Source: an uncultured delta proteobacterium (GTDB taxonomy: Bacteria > Myxococcota > UBA727 > VGSZ01). Taken from it: a stretch of DNA of 64,000 nt. Positions 10,672 to 23,312 of this stretch are shown here, one piece after another. The DNA lies in NCBI GenBank assembly GCA_963775425.1, contig CAVZJB010000008.1, positions 355,424 to 419,423 of the forward strand, read 5' to 3'. The notes under the pieces are model-generated. The model searched no databases. It was not told where the DNA came from and saw nothing but the letters and a program-made list of their open reading frames with translations. How positions within the stretch are numbered: the first letter of the stretch is position 1; each line of letters begins with the position of its first letter. A program made the translations under genes and the position numbers.

Positions 10672-10763
10672 GGGGAGCGGTCACGTGTACGGCAAGCGCG
10701 TGCGGCGCACGTGCGCGGTCACGGTGAGGGGGACCGCGAGCGCTCCCGTGACCGCGAGTCGCA
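10672..10763. repeat. Dispersed palindrome-rich intergenic repeat, copy 1
   Basis: CGGTCACGTGTACGGC...CACGTGCGCGGTCACGG...CTCCCGTGACCGCGAGTCGCA also present at ~48873-48964. Confidence 0.75.
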
Positions 10764-10915
10764 GGAGCTGCCCGTCCGTCGCCGCGCACGCGCGTGGCCG
10801 TGGACGGCGGCTGCAGCCGCCCGCTCCCGCAGCGCGCCTGGCGTCGTCCATCTCGTGAAGCCCCGGATCGACAGGCCACGTTGGCACGCCCGGCGCCGAC
10901 CGCTACAGGGGGGCG

Positions 10916-12034
10916 ATGGCGGACACGCTCGTGGTGGCGATCATGGCGGGGGGCGCGGGCACGCGCTTCTGGCCGGCGTCCACCGAGCGGCGGCCCAAGC
11001 AGTTCCTCGCGCTCGCCGGCGAGCGCACCCTCCTGCAGCAGAGCTACGACCGCGCCCGGGCGCTCACCGACAAGATCTTCGTCGTCACCAACGCCGCGTT
11101 CATCGGGCTCGTCGGGGAGCAACTGCCGCAGCTCGGGCCCGGCGACGTCGTCGGCGAGCCCGAGCGCAAGGACACCGCCGCCGCCGCGGTGCTCGCCACG
11201 CTCCTCGCCGAGCGGCGCTTCCCCGGCTGCACGCTCGTGATCCTCACGAGCGACCACGTCATCGGCCCCGTCGACGAATTCGCGCGGACGGTGCGCGCCG
11301 CCGCCGCCGACCTCGCCGCCGGGGCCGGCGACGCCCTGTACACCCTCGGGATCCCGCCGGCCTTCCCCGCCACCGGCTACGGCTACCTCGAGCTCGGCGC
11401 CCCCGTCGACGACGTCGAGTCGGCGCCGTCCGGGCCGGCCGGCGTCGTGCGCCGCTCGGCGGTGCAGCGCTTCGTGGAAAAGCCCGACGCGGCGACCGCG
11501 AAGCGCTACGTCGACGGCGGCCGGCACCTGTGGAACAGCGGCATGTTCGTGTGGCGGGCCGCCGCCGCGCTCGCGCAGATGCGCGAGCACCTGCCGCAAC
11601 ACGTGGCCGCGCTCGAGCCCGCGGCCGCCGCCCTCGCCGATCCCGCGGCGTCGGACGCGGCGCGCGCGGCGGCGATGGCGCAGGCGTTCGCGGCGGTGCC
11701 CAAGGTGTCCGTCGACTACGGCCTCATGGAGAAGGCCCGCAACGTCCGCTGCGCCGCCGCCACCTTTTCGTGGAGCGACGTCGGCTCGTTCGCCGCCCTC
11801 GCCGAGCACATGCCCGAGGACGCGCAGCAAAACGCGCACCGCGGCCGCGTGGCCTCGCTCGACGCGCGCGGCAACGTGGTGTGGTGCGAGGACGACGGCG
11901 AGCTGGTCGCGCTCCTCGGCGTCGACGACCTCGTCGTCGTCCGCGCCGGCAAGCGCACGCTCGTGACGCGCAAGTCCCGGGCCGAGGACATCAAGAAGCT
12001 CGTCGACACGCTCGACAAAGGGGACCGCTCATGA
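10916..12034 (+). CDS. manC: Mannose-1-phosphate guanylyltransferase
   Basis: [36 protein letters not shown]. Confidence 0.93.
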   Translation: MADTLVVAIMAGGAGTRFWPASTERRPKQFLALAGERTLLQQSYDRARALTDKIFVVTNAAFIGLVGEQLPQLGPGDVVGEPERKDTAAAAVLATLLAERRFPGCTLVILTSDHVIGPVDEFARTVRAAAADLAAGAGDALYTLGIPPAFPATGYGYLELGAPVDDVESAPSGPAGVVRRSAVQRFVEKPDAATAKRYVDGGRHLWNSGMFVWRAAAALAQMREHLPQHVAALEPAAAALADPAASDAARAAAMAQAFAAVPKVSVDYGLMEKARNVRCAAATFSWSDVGSFAALAEHMPEDAQQNAHRGRVASLDARGNVVWCEDDGELVALLGVDDLVVVRAGKRTLVTRKSRAEDIKKLVDTLDKGDRS

Positions 12035-13395
12035 CGCTCAAGTGCTTCAAGGCCTACGACATCCGCGGCAAGGTCCCATCGGAGCTCGACGAAGACCTCG
12101 CGCGCAACATCGGCCGCGCCTACGCGCAGCTCGAAAAGCCGCGCCGCGTGGTCATCGGGCGCGACATGCGCCTGTCCTCCGAGGCCATCGCCGGGGCCCT
12201 CGCCGACGGCTTGCGCGAGGCCGGGGTCGACGTCGTCGACATCGGCCTCGGCGGCACCGAGCTCGTCTACTTCGCCGCGTTCCACCTCGAAAAGGACGGC
12301 GTCGACGGCGGCATCGCCGTCACCGCCAGCCACAACCCCGCCGACTACAACGGCATGAAGCTCGTGCGCAGAGGCGCCGTCCCCATCAGCGGGGACACGG
12401 GCCTCAAGGACATCGAGCGCCTGGCCGAGCAGGGCTTCGCGCGCGCGGCGCCCACGGGCAAGCGCGAGACGGTCGACGTGTGGCCGGCGTACATCGAGCA
12501 CCTCTTGTCGTACGTGGACGTCAAGGCGCTCGCTCCGCTCAAGATCGTCGCCAACGCCGGCAACGGCTGCGCCGGCCTCGTCGTCGACAAGCTCGAGGCG
12601 CGGCTGCCGTTTTCCTTCATCAAGGTGCACAACGAGCCCGACGGCACCTTCCCGAACGGCGTCCCGAACCCCATCCTGGTCGACAACCACCCCGCCACCG
12701 CCGACGTCGTCCGCGCCCACAAGGCCGACCTCGGCCTCGCCTGGGACGGCGACCACGACCGCTGCTTCTTCTTCGACGCCGGCGGCGCGTTCATCGAGGG
12801 CTACTACATGGTCGGCCTGTTCGCCTCCGAGCTGCTCGCCAAGCAGCCCGAGGGCACGGCGGTGGTGCACGACCCGCGGCTCGTGTGGAACACCATCGAC
12901 CTCGTCGAGCGGGGCGGCGGCCGCCCGGTGATGTCCAAGACCGGCCACGCCTTCATCAAGGAGCGCATGCGCAAGGAGAACGCCGTCTACGGCGGCGAGA
13001 TGAGCGCGCATCACTACTTCAGGGAGTTCGCCTACTGCGACTCCGGCATGATCCCCTGGCTGCTCCTGACGTCGACGATGTCGCGCACCAAGAGCTCCCT
13101 CGCGGAGCTCGTGGCGGACATGCAGCAGCGTTTCCCGGCGTCGGGCGAGGTGAACCTCACCATCGCCAATCCCAAGGCGGCCCTCGACAAGGTGCGCGCG
13201 ACGTTCGGCCCGGGCGCCGTGCGCATCGACGAGACCGACGGCATCTCCGTGGAGCACGAGACCTGGCGGGTCAACGTGCGCTCGTCCAACACCGAGCCCG
13301 TGGTGCGCGTGAACGTCGAGTCCCGCGGCGACGCCGCGCTCATGCGCGCAAAGACCGACGAGGTGCTGGGCCTCCTCCGCGGGCTCGCGGGGTGA
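12031..13395 (+). CDS. manB: Phosphomannomutase
   Basis: [26 protein letters not shown]; ATGA overlap with manC. Confidence 0.95.
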   Translation: MTLKCFKAYDIRGKVPSELDEDLARNIGRAYAQLEKPRRVVIGRDMRLSSEAIAGALADGLREAGVDVVDIGLGGTELVYFAAFHLEKDGVDGGIAVTASHNPADYNGMKLVRRGAVPISGDTGLKDIERLAEQGFARAAPTGKRETVDVWPAYIEHLLSYVDVKALAPLKIVANAGNGCAGLVVDKLEARLPFSFIKVHNEPDGTFPNGVPNPILVDNHPATADVVRAHKADLGLAWDGDHDRCFFFDAGGAFIEGYYMVGLFASELLAKQPEGTAVVHDPRLVWNTIDLVERGGGRPVMSKTGHAFIKERMRKENAVYGGEMSAHHYFREFAYCDSGMIPWLLLTSTMSRTKSSLAELVADMQQRFPASGEVNLTIANPKAALDKVRATFGPGAVRIDETDGISVEHETWRVNVRSSNTEPVVRVNVESRGDAALMRAKTDEVLGLLRGLAG

Positions 13396-13871
13396 ACCCG
13401 CTCAAGCGCGCCGGCGACGCGTACCAGCGCGACGCGATCATCCCGCACTGCGCGAGCTGCGCGCGGCCCTGCTGCAAGCTCGACGACGTCGTGCTCGACC
13501 TCGACTGGAAGCGCGCGCAGGCGCTCTACCAGATCAAGTCCTCGCGGCGCGCCTTCAATCGCTCGCTCCACGACGGCAGCGGGCCCACCACCATCCAGGA
13601 GCACCACGGGCGCTACTACGCCCACGGCGCGCCCTGTCCGGCCTACGACGGCGGCGGCCGCTGCCGCGTCTACGGCACCGACGTCAAGCCGCCCTCGTGC
13701 AGCGACTTCCCCGTCTACCTCGACGGCGACGGCCTCACCGCCGACACCCGCTGCGAGGCCGTCGACGTCGACGCCCTCGAGGCCCACCTGCGCGCCGCGT
13801 TCCCCGCCAAGCGCGTGCGCCGCGCGGTGGACCCGAGCTTCCCGATGTTCGTCACCTTCGACGTCGAGTGA
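13392..13871 (+). CDS. YkgJ-like cysteine-cluster (Zn/Fe-chelating) protein
   Basis: CASCARPCC...CP...CRVY..KP.SCSDFP. Confidence 0.8.
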   Translation: MNPLKRAGDAYQRDAIIPHCASCARPCCKLDDVVLDLDWKRAQALYQIKSSRRAFNRSLHDGSGPTTIQEHHGRYYAHGAPCPAYDGGGRCRVYGTDVKPPSCSDFPVYLDGDGLTADTRCEAVDVDALEAHLRAAFPAKRVRRAVDPSFPMFVTFDVE

Positions 13872-13962
13872 GGGCGCGGCCTCGCGGGAGGTCCCACGCG
13901 GTGTGCCGCCGGTCACGGCCGGCGGGGTTGAATATATCACTCGTTCTATTACCCGGGGTCAC

Positions 13963-15411
13963 ATGATGATGCGCCCCCTCGCCCTCGCGTTCCTGTTCGC
14001 GCTCCCCCTCGCCGCCGCCTGCGATCCCGGCGGCGCGGGCGAGGGCGAGGGCGACGCCGCCGAAGGAGAGGGCGAAGGCGACGCCGGCGAGGGCGAGGGC
14101 GAAGGCGAGGGCGAAGGAGAAGGGGAAGGAGAGGGCGAAGGCGAAGGAGAGGGCGAAGGAGAGGGCGAAGGAGAGGGCGAAGGAGAGGGCGAAGGCGGCC
14201 TCTGCGAGAACACCTGCGCGCTCGACTTCAGCTTCGGCGGCTGCGACGACGGCTACTCCGATCCGGACTTCCAAAGCTGCTCCTACGGCACCGACTGCGC
14301 CGGCTGCGGCACGCGCCCGTTCCCCACCGCCGACGCGCCGTCGACCTGGACCGCGACGTTCTTCGGCGGCATCGACGTCGGGCCGGTGGGCACCGGCAAC
14401 ACCCCGCTGCGCGCCGCGTTCGCGCGCGGCTACGTCGACGGCGGCGGCCGCCTCGTCACCACCGCCGAGGTGCAGTCGTCGTCGGGCACCACGGAGCGCG
14501 AGGTGCTCGTGTTCGACGCCACCACCGGCGCCCCCATGTGGCGCGGGCCCACCGCCGACATCGCGCTCGCGCACCCGTCGGGGGACATCGTCACCGTGAG
14601 CGGCTTCGACGTCCGCCGCGTCACGGCGCGCCACGACAACATCTGGCGCGCGCCGCTCGCCGACGTCATCGCCGCCGCCGGCGGCTCCGGTGGGCAGTCC
14701 CTGGAGGACGCCTTCGTCGACGCCCAGGGCCACGTGTGGGTCCTCGCGTTCGCCTTCAGCGGCAGCACCTTCGTCCTCGAGCTCGACGGCGAGACCGGCG
14801 ACGGCGTCGACGCCTGGGAGCTCCCCGGGCGCGCTGGCGGCGCCTTCGCCCAGGAGACCTCCTCGGGCCGCGTCCTCGTCTTCGACGCCGAGACCGACGG
14901 CGCCGCCGCCACCATCAGCGCCGTCACCCCCGGCAACGCCAACGTCGACGAAGACGTCGCCACGCTCGCCGTCGCCGGCTTCCCGCGGGTCGCGGTGGCC
15001 GCCGGCGCGCGCGTCGTCGTGGCGGTCGACGACGCCGGCGCGTTCTCGCTGGCCTCGCTCGACGCGAGCCTCGCCGAGCTCGACGCCCCGGTGGACCTCT
15101 CGGGCGCGCCGGCCACCGTGGAGTCCGCGGACCCGCCGCGCCTCATCGCCGAGGGCGACGGCGTCCGCTGGGTGCAGCCCTTGAGCTACCTGCAAGGCGA
15201 CGGCGGCGGCGTGGTCGTCGACGTCAGCTACGGCGGCATGCTCCAGAGCTGGGCCGCGGACCTCACGCCGGGCACGCCCTCGTTCATCGGCGCGGACCGG
15301 AACCTCTCGCTCGACGACGTCGTCGACGCCGACGGCGGCGTCGTCACGCTCACCACGGACGGCGGCAACTTCCTCATCCTGCACCGCGGACCCGCGCCCG
15401 TCCTCGAGTAG
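13963..15411 (+). CDS. Lipoprotein with (GE)n linker and beta-rich domain
   Basis: Lipobox LAAAC, long EG repeat, Cys-rich motif CENTC...CDDG. Confidence 0.75.
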   Translation: MMMRPLALAFLFALPLAAACDPGGAGEGEGDAAEGEGEGDAGEGEGEGEGEGEGEGEGEGEGEGEGEGEGEGEGEGEGGLCENTCALDFSFGGCDDGYSDPDFQSCSYGTDCAGCGTRPFPTADAPSTWTATFFGGIDVGPVGTGNTPLRAAFARGYVDGGGRLVTTAEVQSSSGTTEREVLVFDATTGAPMWRGPTADIALAHPSGDIVTVSGFDVRRVTARHDNIWRAPLADVIAAAGGSGGQSLEDAFVDAQGHVWVLAFAFSGSTFVLELDGETGDGVDAWELPGRAGGAFAQETSSGRVLVFDAETDGAAATISAVTPGNANVDEDVATLAVAGFPRVAVAAGARVVVAVDDAGAFSLASLDASLAELDAPVDLSGAPATVESADPPRLIAEGDGVRWVQPLSYLQGDGGGVVVDVSYGGMLQSWAADLTPGTPSFIGADRNLSLDDVVDADGGVVTLTTDGGNFLILHRGPAPVLE

Positions 15412-15427
15412 CGCTTGATCGACGCGC

Positions 15428-15458
15428 AAAAAGAGAGGGCGCCCGACGGCGCCCTCTC
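15428..15458 (-). terminator. Rho-independent terminator
   Basis: 11-bp stem GAGAGGGCGCC/GGCGCCCTCTC, 4-nt loop, T-tract on the minus strand, between convergent genes. Confidence 0.8.
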
Positions 15459-15484
15459 CCACACACACGGACGATCGGAAATGG

Positions 15485-15808
15485 TCAGACCACGCTCACC
15501 GGGCGGTTGTTGGAGGGCGCGCTGGGGGCCGAGGCCACGGGAGCGACGTCGGGCTCCGTAGGCTTCAGCTTCTTGATGTTGTCCACGATGGCGGAGACCA
15601 TGTTCTTCACGCGCTCGCTGATGGCCTGCTGCGGCGGGGGCTGCTTGGCGACCTTCTTGCGGGCGTCGGCGCGGAGGCCCTCCATCACGTCATCCTGGTT
15701 GAAGCCGGGGCGATCGCGGCGCTGGGCCTGGGCGATCGGCATGCTGATGTCCTGCGAGGGGGCCTGAACCTTGTGGCAGCCGCCGGAGTTGCAAACCTTG
15801 TGGCACAT
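15485..15808 (-). CDS. Small hypothetical protein (107 aa) with CHKV-repeat N-terminus
   Basis: GGAGG RBS before ATG 15808; MCHKVCNSGGCHKV...; own terminator. Confidence 0.7.
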   Translation of the reverse strand: MCHKVCNSGGCHKVQAPSQDISMPIAQAQRRDRPGFNQDDVMEGLRADARKKVAKQPPPQQAISERVKNMVSAIVDNIKKLKPTEPDVAPVASAPSAPSNNRPVSVV

Positions 15809-15962
15809 GAGGGACCTCCAAATCGGCGTTGTGGGTTGTTTGCCGAAGACAAGTTGGTTCTCGGTCTCGCTGCCTCGGTGCATCTTTCGGGCGATCCCCC
15901 GATAGGACCGGGTCCTACGTGTAGGCTTTGCGGGCGGCCCCGCCCGCGGGTCGAGGAGTGAC

Positions 15963-16607
15963 GTGATGGCGCAGAGCGCACCCCTCCTGGCCGCAGAGGC
16001 CGTCCCCCCGCGGCCGAAGGACCCGTTGCGGGCCCTGTTCGAGCAGGCCCGCGGGGGCGACGCCGGGGCCCTCGAACGCCTGTGCGCCGAGATGCGCCCC
16101 CGGCTGTACCGGGTGGCCTGGGCCATCGTGAAGGACGCCGACGAGGCCGACGACGTGGCCCAGGAGGCCCTCATCCGGGCCCTGAAGCGGCGCTTCCTGT
16201 TTCTCGGCAAGGGCAGCGTGGCGGGGTGGATGACCCGCATCGCCCAGAACCTCGCCAAAAACCGGCTGCGCGACGGCAAGCGCCGCCGGGAGATCCTGGA
16301 GGCCGCGCTCCCGGACGAACGCAGCGTCCGGGGGGCGGAGGCGCAGGCGCTCCACGCGCCCGACGCCGTCGCCGCACACAAGCAGGCGCGCGCCCGGCTG
16401 ATCGCCGCGGTGGACGCCCTCCCCGAGCGCCAGCGGGACGTCGTGCGCTTGCACGCCGTCGCGCAGCTCGAGTTCGCCGAGGTCGCCGAGGCGCTCGGCA
16501 TGACCGAGGCCAACGCGCGGGTCACGTTCTCCAACGCCAAAAAGAAGCTCGTCGCCGTGCTCGGAGAGGCCGCCGCCCCCTCCGCCACGAAGGAGAAGTC
16601 GCCATGA
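15963..16607 (+). CDS. ECF RNA polymerase sigma factor
   Basis: DADEADDVAQEALI, WMTRIAQN, LPERQRDVVRL, EVAEALG. Confidence 0.92.
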   Translation: MMAQSAPLLAAEAVPPRPKDPLRALFEQARGGDAGALERLCAEMRPRLYRVAWAIVKDADEADDVAQEALIRALKRRFLFLGKGSVAGWMTRIAQNLAKNRLRDGKRRREILEAALPDERSVRGAEAQALHAPDAVAAHKQARARLIAAVDALPERQRDVVRLHAVAQLEFAEVAEALGMTEANARVTFSNAKKKLVAVLGEAAAPSATKEKSP

Positions 16608-17002
16608 CCGACCGCGATCCCATCGAGACCGAGCTCGCCGCGCTCGCCCCGCCGCCGCGCCGCACCGACGCCGCGTTCGCGCGCGCCGTCGCCGCCGGCG
16701 TCGCCCGGGGCAAGAGCGCGGGCCGCGGCTCCCTCTTCGCCCTGCCGGCGTTGGCGGCGGCGGCGGCGGCGTTCGCCCTCGTCGTCACCGTCGGCAACCC
16801 GGAGCGTTCCGTCGTCGACGCCGGCGTGCGCGTGGCCGTCGCCCACCCCGTCGCCCATCCCGTCGCCGCGCCCGCCGAGCAGATCGACGCGTCCTGGGAC
16901 GACGAAGACGACTTTGCGCTTCCGTCGCTCGACGGGTCTTCGGATGAAGAGCTCGCGCGCCTCGATCGAGCCCTCGACGAGGCGCTCAAGAACAAGCCCT
17001 GA
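16604..17002 (+). CDS. Putative single-TM anti-sigma factor
   Basis: ATGA-coupled to the ECF gene; one TM helix. Confidence 0.65.
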   Translation: MTDRDPIETELAALAPPPRRTDAAFARAVAAGVARGKSAGRGSLFALPALAAAAAAFALVVTVGNPERSVVDAGVRVAVAHPVAHPVAAPAEQIDASWDDEDDFALPSLDGSSDEELARLDRALDEALKNKP

Positions 17003-17013
17003 GGAGAGAAACC

Positions 17014-17604
17014 ATGCGCCGCACCCTGCTCGTCACCGCCCTCGCCACCGCCCTCGCCGGCGCCGTCGCCATGCCCGCCTTCGCCGACGCCCCACCGCCC
17101 CCCGGACCGGGCATGCGCGCCGGCGCGCACGGCGGCCCCGGCGGACCCGGCGGCGCCCGCCGCGAAGAGATGCGCGCGCGCGTGCAGCAGAAGGTGCAGG
17201 CGTTCCTCACCACCGAGCTGCAGTCGCGCGTCGGGCTCGACGCGACCAAGAGCGCCAAGCTCTCCGACGCCATCCAGGCGCACATGGAGCGCAAGCACGC
17301 GCGCGCCAAGCAGTTGCGCGAGGAGATGAAGAAGCTGCGTGGCCTCGTCGACGGCAAGGCCAGCGACGCGCAGATCAAGGCGCAGCTCGACCGCGTGCTC
17401 GGCGCCTCCAGCCGCGACGACGACGCGCAGGCCTTCATCGGCGACACCTCGAAGTTCCTCTCGGTGCAGGAGCAGGCCAAGCTCGCGCTGGCGTTGCCCG
17501 ACGTCCTCAAGGAGGTCCACCACATGATGCGCTCGTCCCACCGCGAGATGCGCGGCGGCCGCGGCGGCTTCGGCGGCAGGGGACCGGCGGACGACGAGGA
17601 CTGA
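17014..17604 (+). CDS. Spy/CpxP-like periplasmic helical protein
   Basis: Signal peptide, Gly-rich ends, LSVQEQAKL (LTxxQ-like); third gene of the ECF locus. Confidence 0.7.
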   Translation: MRRTLLVTALATALAGAVAMPAFADAPPPPGPGMRAGAHGGPGGPGGARREEMRARVQQKVQAFLTTELQSRVGLDATKSAKLSDAIQAHMERKHARAKQLREEMKKLRGLVDGKASDAQIKAQLDRVLGASSRDDDAQAFIGDTSKFLSVQEQAKLALALPDVLKEVHHMMRSSHREMRGGRGGFGGRGPADDED

Positions 17605-17832
17605 AAGGCTGAAAAACAAGGCTCGTAGCCGCACTCGGCGAAGCCGCCCACAAGGTGGCTCGCCGCGCGGAGTACGCGGCGAGGCACGTCGGCGCGCAAG
17701 AACCGCTGCAGGTTGTGAGGAAACGGCGGGTCCGAGCGGTGTTGTGATCCCGCTATCAGCGCACGTGGCGGGTTCGTGACAACGTCGCCACCGCCGGAGC
17801 TCCTTTCCGCTCCGCCGTGTGGCCGTAGCACC
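17601..17832. repeat. MITE-like dispersed intergenic element, copy 2
   Basis: Shares both arms with 136-271; different, longer middle. Confidence 0.65.
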
Positions 17833-17867
17833 CGCTCTCGCGGCGCCGCAGATGGCGCCGGCTCCGC

Positions 17868-19706
<1,839 letters not shown>

Positions 19707-19719
19707 GGTGCTGCTCCGG

Positions 19720-22272
19720 TTACTCGGCGGCGCGATGTTCGCCCACTGCGCCTCCAGGGGGCAACTCGGGCTCGGCGGGGAGGCCGACGGCGAAGGTGGT
19801 GCCTTGCCCCTCGACGGAGCTGACCTTGACGTCGCCGCCGTGCGCGTCGACGACCGCCTTCACGATGGCGAGCCCGAGCCCGGAGCCCTGGCCCGCGTGC
19901 GCGTTGGTGGGCACCTGGAAGAACGGCTCGAACAGGCGCGGCAGCGCCTCCTCGGGAACGCCGCACCCGTCGTCCTTGATCTCGACGAGCAGGCGGTGCG
20001 GCTCCTCGCCGCGCTTGAGCGTCACCGACACGCGGCCGCCGCGCCCGGTGAACTTGAGCGCGTTGTCCACGAGGTTTTGCACCACCTGCCCGAGGCGGTC
20101 GGGGTCGCCGCGCACCAGCGCCGGCGTCCCCTCCTCGACGTCGAGCACCAGCTCGACGCCCGCCTCGCGCGCGCGGCCCTCGAGGTCGGCGACGAGGCGC
20201 CGCGCGATGTCGGCGACGTCGACCTTCTCCTGCGGACCCGCGCGGTGCTTGAGCTTCTGCAGATCGAGGAGGTTGGTGCACAGCGCCGTGAGCCGGTCCT
20301 CCTGCCGCGAGACGCCCTCGAGGAAGGCGCGCACGTCGTCCCTGTGCATGCGCGGGAGGTCGCGCAGGATGGTCTGCACGTTCTGGCGGATGACCGCGAG
20401 CGGCGAGCGGAAGTCGTGCGAGATGGTGGCGACGAGCTCGTCCTTGCGCTCGTTCAACAGGTTCAGCTCGTGATTCTTCTGCTCGAGCTCGGCGGTGCGC
20501 GCGACCACGCGCTTTTCGAGCTCGCGGTTGAGCCGCTCCACGGCCTCGAAGGCGAGCGTGTTGACGAGGGCGGCGGCGAGCGGACCGGCGAGCGCGCCGA
20601 CGAAGCTGACGTCGCCGTCTTCGTACGGGGTGCCCTCCGGGCGCACGCTGACGACGAGCAGGCCCACAGGCTCGTTGGCCACGGCGAGGCGCACGGCGAG
20701 CGCCGGGTTTTGAAAGCCGGCCTCGACGGCGCCGGGCGCGGGCATCTCGTCGTCGATGACGATGGGGTCGGCGCGCTCGAGCCACGCTTGGACGCCGTAG
20801 TCGACGTCGATGATGCGCGCGCGCACCTGCGGGATGAGCCGCTTCTCCCCGCGGTCGAGGCGGTACAGCTCGAAGGACGCCGGCGCGATGGAGCTTTGGA
20901 ACGTGGACTTGAGCGTTTCGATGACGGCGGCGAGGTGCGTGGACGTCGACGCGCGCGCGGTGAAGTCGGCGACCAGGCGGCTGGCGTCGTAGCGCCGCGA
21001 ACGCAGCAGGTCCTCGACGTGCGTCTGCACGCGGTGGGTGAGCGGCGCGGCCACCGCGAACAGGAGCGCGGCGAGCGCGACCATGGCGGGCGCGTCGTCG
21101 AGCTTGAGGAACTGCACCGCCGCCCACAGCACGAGCCCCAGCGCCATGCCGACGACGGCGGCGACGGTGAGCCCGCCGACGAGGCGCCGCGCCGTGTGGT
21201 TCAGGCGAAAGAGGTCGTGGCGGACGATGGCGTCGGCGGTGGAGATGGGCACGAGCAGCAGGAAGCCGTTCCAGATGAGCGAGAGCGGCGACAGGTGCAG
21301 CACGTTTCCGAGGAAGAGGTTGACGATGGGGATGCCGGCGCCGACGGGCCAGGCCCACAGGATCTGGCGGATGCGCGCGCGGCGCCGCGGAGAGCGGCCG
21401 CGCACGTACGCGACGGCGAGCAGCCCGAGGTTCACGGTCATGCAGACGGCCAGCCAGGTGTAGAAGGCGGAGTCTGCGACGACGTAGCGATGCACGTCGC
21501 CCATGCTCGTGAGGAGGAGCGCGGAGATGACGCCGGACACGAGGAGGCTGCCGACGGTGAGGGCCCACATGCGCCGCTGGGGCGCCCGCCGCGTGTCGAG
21601 GGAGAACCCCGTCTCGCCGACCTCGGGCGCGCCCTCGAGCGCGCGCGCGCCGTCGAATTTGGTGTAGCCGCGGGTGATGACGCCGACGAGGATCATGCCG
21701 AGCGTGCCGAGGAACGGACCGACCATCGGGAAAAACGGTGGCAGCCGCCACAGCATCGTGAGGTCCACCACCGACGACATCGCCACGCCGAGCGGCGCGA
21801 AGAACGCGAAGAAGCTCCACGCCTCGGGCGTGCCCGGCCGCAGGAAGTAGAGCAGCACGGCGACGACGACGAACACGAGCCCGAGCAGCGCCTGGCTCGT
21901 GTGGCTCTTGATGAGGTCGCTGGCCGTGAACGTGCGCGTGGGGAGCTCGACGAAGCGCGCGTCGCCGTCCATGCCCTCGACCTGGTAGGTGATCTCGCTG
22001 CCGACGGGCCGCGCGAACGCGTGCTCGAGGATGCCGTCCTTGGAGAACACCACCTCGCCGTCGACGGCGATGATGCGGTCCCACATCTTGAAGCCGGCGT
22101 CCTGCGCCCCCCAGGACTGCAGCCCCACGGGGTTCACGAGGCCCTCCTCGACCAGGGAGAAGCCGATGAACGGCCTGCCCACGAGCGCGAACACGCCGAC
22201 GACGATGCTGCCGCACACGAACAGCGCCGCGGCGGCGAGGACGGCGAACACCGAGTGCCCGAGGACACGCAC
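19720..22272 (-). CDS. Multi-TM sensor histidine kinase (PDZ-like, GAF-like, HisKA, HATPase)
   Basis: SHDFRSPL, NLVDNALKF, DDGCG, GSGLGL. Confidence 0.92.
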   Translation of the reverse strand: MRVLGHSVFAVLAAAALFVCGSIVVGVFALVGRPFIGFSLVEEGLVNPVGLQSWGAQDAGFKMWDRIIAVDGEVVFSKDGILEHAFARPVGSEITYQVEGMDGDARFVELPTRTFTASDLIKSHTSQALLGLVFVVVAVLLYFLRPGTPEAWSFFAFFAPLGVAMSSVVDLTMLWRLPPFFPMVGPFLGTLGMILVGVITRGYTKFDGARALEGAPEVGETGFSLDTRRAPQRRMWALTVGSLLVSGVISALLLTSMGDVHRYVVADSAFYTWLAVCMTVNLGLLAVAYVRGRSPRRRARIRQILWAWPVGAGIPIVNLFLGNVLHLSPLSLIWNGFLLLVPISTADAIVRHDLFRLNHTARRLVGGLTVAAVVGMALGLVLWAAVQFLKLDDAPAMVALAALLFAVAAPLTHRVQTHVEDLLRSRRYDASRLVADFTARASTSTHLAAVIETLKSTFQSSIAPASFELYRLDRGEKRLIPQVRARIIDVDYGVQAWLERADPIVIDDEMPAPGAVEAGFQNPALAVRLAVANEPVGLLVVSVRPEGTPYEDGDVSFVGALAGPLAAALVNTLAFEAVERLNRELEKRVVARTAELEQKNHELNLLNERKDELVATISHDFRSPLAVIRQNVQTILRDLPRMHRDDVRAFLEGVSRQEDRLTALCTNLLDLQKLKHRAGPQEKVDVADIARRLVADLEGRAREAGVELVLDVEEGTPALVRGDPDRLGQVVQNLVDNALKFTGRGGRVSVTLKRGEEPHRLLVEIKDDGCGVPEEALPRLFEPFFQVPTNAHAGQGSGLGLAIVKAVVDAHGGDVKVSSVEGQGTTFAVGLPAEPELPPGGAVGEHRAAE

Positions 22273-22367
22273 GCCTCGAGTATAGGGCGGCGCTCCGGGC
22301 GTGGGGCGCCCCCGCGGCGCGCCCGGTTTGCCGGTTCGGCACGCGTGACCTTCTGCCCGGGGCGCTG

Positions 22368-23309
22368 GTGGGCTACGTCTCGTGCGTGACGTCGTCGAGC
22401 GCCCCGGGGCGAAGGCGGCCGCTGTTCGGCGGCGCCGTGATCCTCGTGGCCGCGCTCATCTGGGGCTACGCCTTCGTCCCCCAGAAGATGACGGTCATCG
22501 CGCTGCCGCCGCTGTCGGCGACGGCGCTGCGCTTCTGCATGGCCGCGCCGCTCGCGTGCCTGCTCGCGAACCGCCGGCTGCTCCACCCGGGCGTGCGCAT
22601 GCGCCACGCCGTCGGCCTGGGCGTGGTGCTCACCGTCGTGTACCTCACGCAGACGGCGGCGCTCGTGTGGGCGCCGGTGGCGCGCGTCTCGCTGATCACC
22701 GGCATGTACGCGGTGTTCGTCCCGCTGTTCGCTCCGTTGCTGCGGCAGCCCCGGCCGACGGCGGGGCACTGGGCGGGCGTGGTCCTCGCCGTCGCTGGCC
22801 TGCTCGCGCTCACGGGCGTGCTCGACCGTGGCGGCTCGGCGGCGGCGGGCGTGCCCCTCAACATCGGCGACCTCCTCGTCCTCGTCCACGCCGTGGTCAG
22901 CGCGTTCCAGGTGCTGTTCGTCGGCAGGCTCGCGCGCCACGCGGACCCCTTCGCCCTCAACGCCGTGCAGCTCGTCGTCGTCGCAGTGATCTCGGTGCCG
23001 GCCGCGCTCGTCGTCGACGGCGTCCCCCACCTCGGCGCGCTCGGCGGGGACGCGTGGGCGGCCTTCGGCTACCTCGCGGTGTTTTCGACGGTGGTGGCGT
23101 TCACCTGTCAGATCGTCGGCCAGCGGCACGCGTCGGCGCCGACGGCGGCGCTCATCATGCTCCTCGAGGCGCCGCTCGGCGTGGCCGCCGCGGTGGTGTT
23201 CTTCGACGAGGCCATGCGGCCCGTGCAGTGGCTCGGGGCCGCCATCCTCCTCGGCGGCGTCGGCGTCTCGCTCGCGGCCGAGGTGCGCCGCGCGCGCGGC
23301 GGGCGGTGA
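22368..23309 (+). CDS. DMT/EamA family transporter
   Basis: About 10 TM segments; LIWGYAF, GDLLVL, LEAPLG. Confidence 0.9.
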   Translation: MGYVSCVTSSSAPGRRRPLFGGAVILVAALIWGYAFVPQKMTVIALPPLSATALRFCMAAPLACLLANRRLLHPGVRMRHAVGLGVVLTVVYLTQTAALVWAPVARVSLITGMYAVFVPLFAPLLRQPRPTAGHWAGVVLAVAGLLALTGVLDRGGSAAAGVPLNIGDLLVLVHAVVSAFQVLFVGRLARHADPFALNAVQLVVVAVISVPAALVVDGVPHLGALGGDAWAAFGYLAVFSTVVAFTCQIVGQRHASAPTAALIMLLEAPLGVAAAVVFFDEAMRPVQWLGAAILLGGVGVSLAAEVRRARGGR

Positions 23310-23312
23310 GCT

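Noticed and set aside
9562-13395. 1277-aa fusion ORF ending in phosphomannomutase
   Set aside because: The N-terminal part is an off-frame read of corA and manC; manB starts at ATG 12031.
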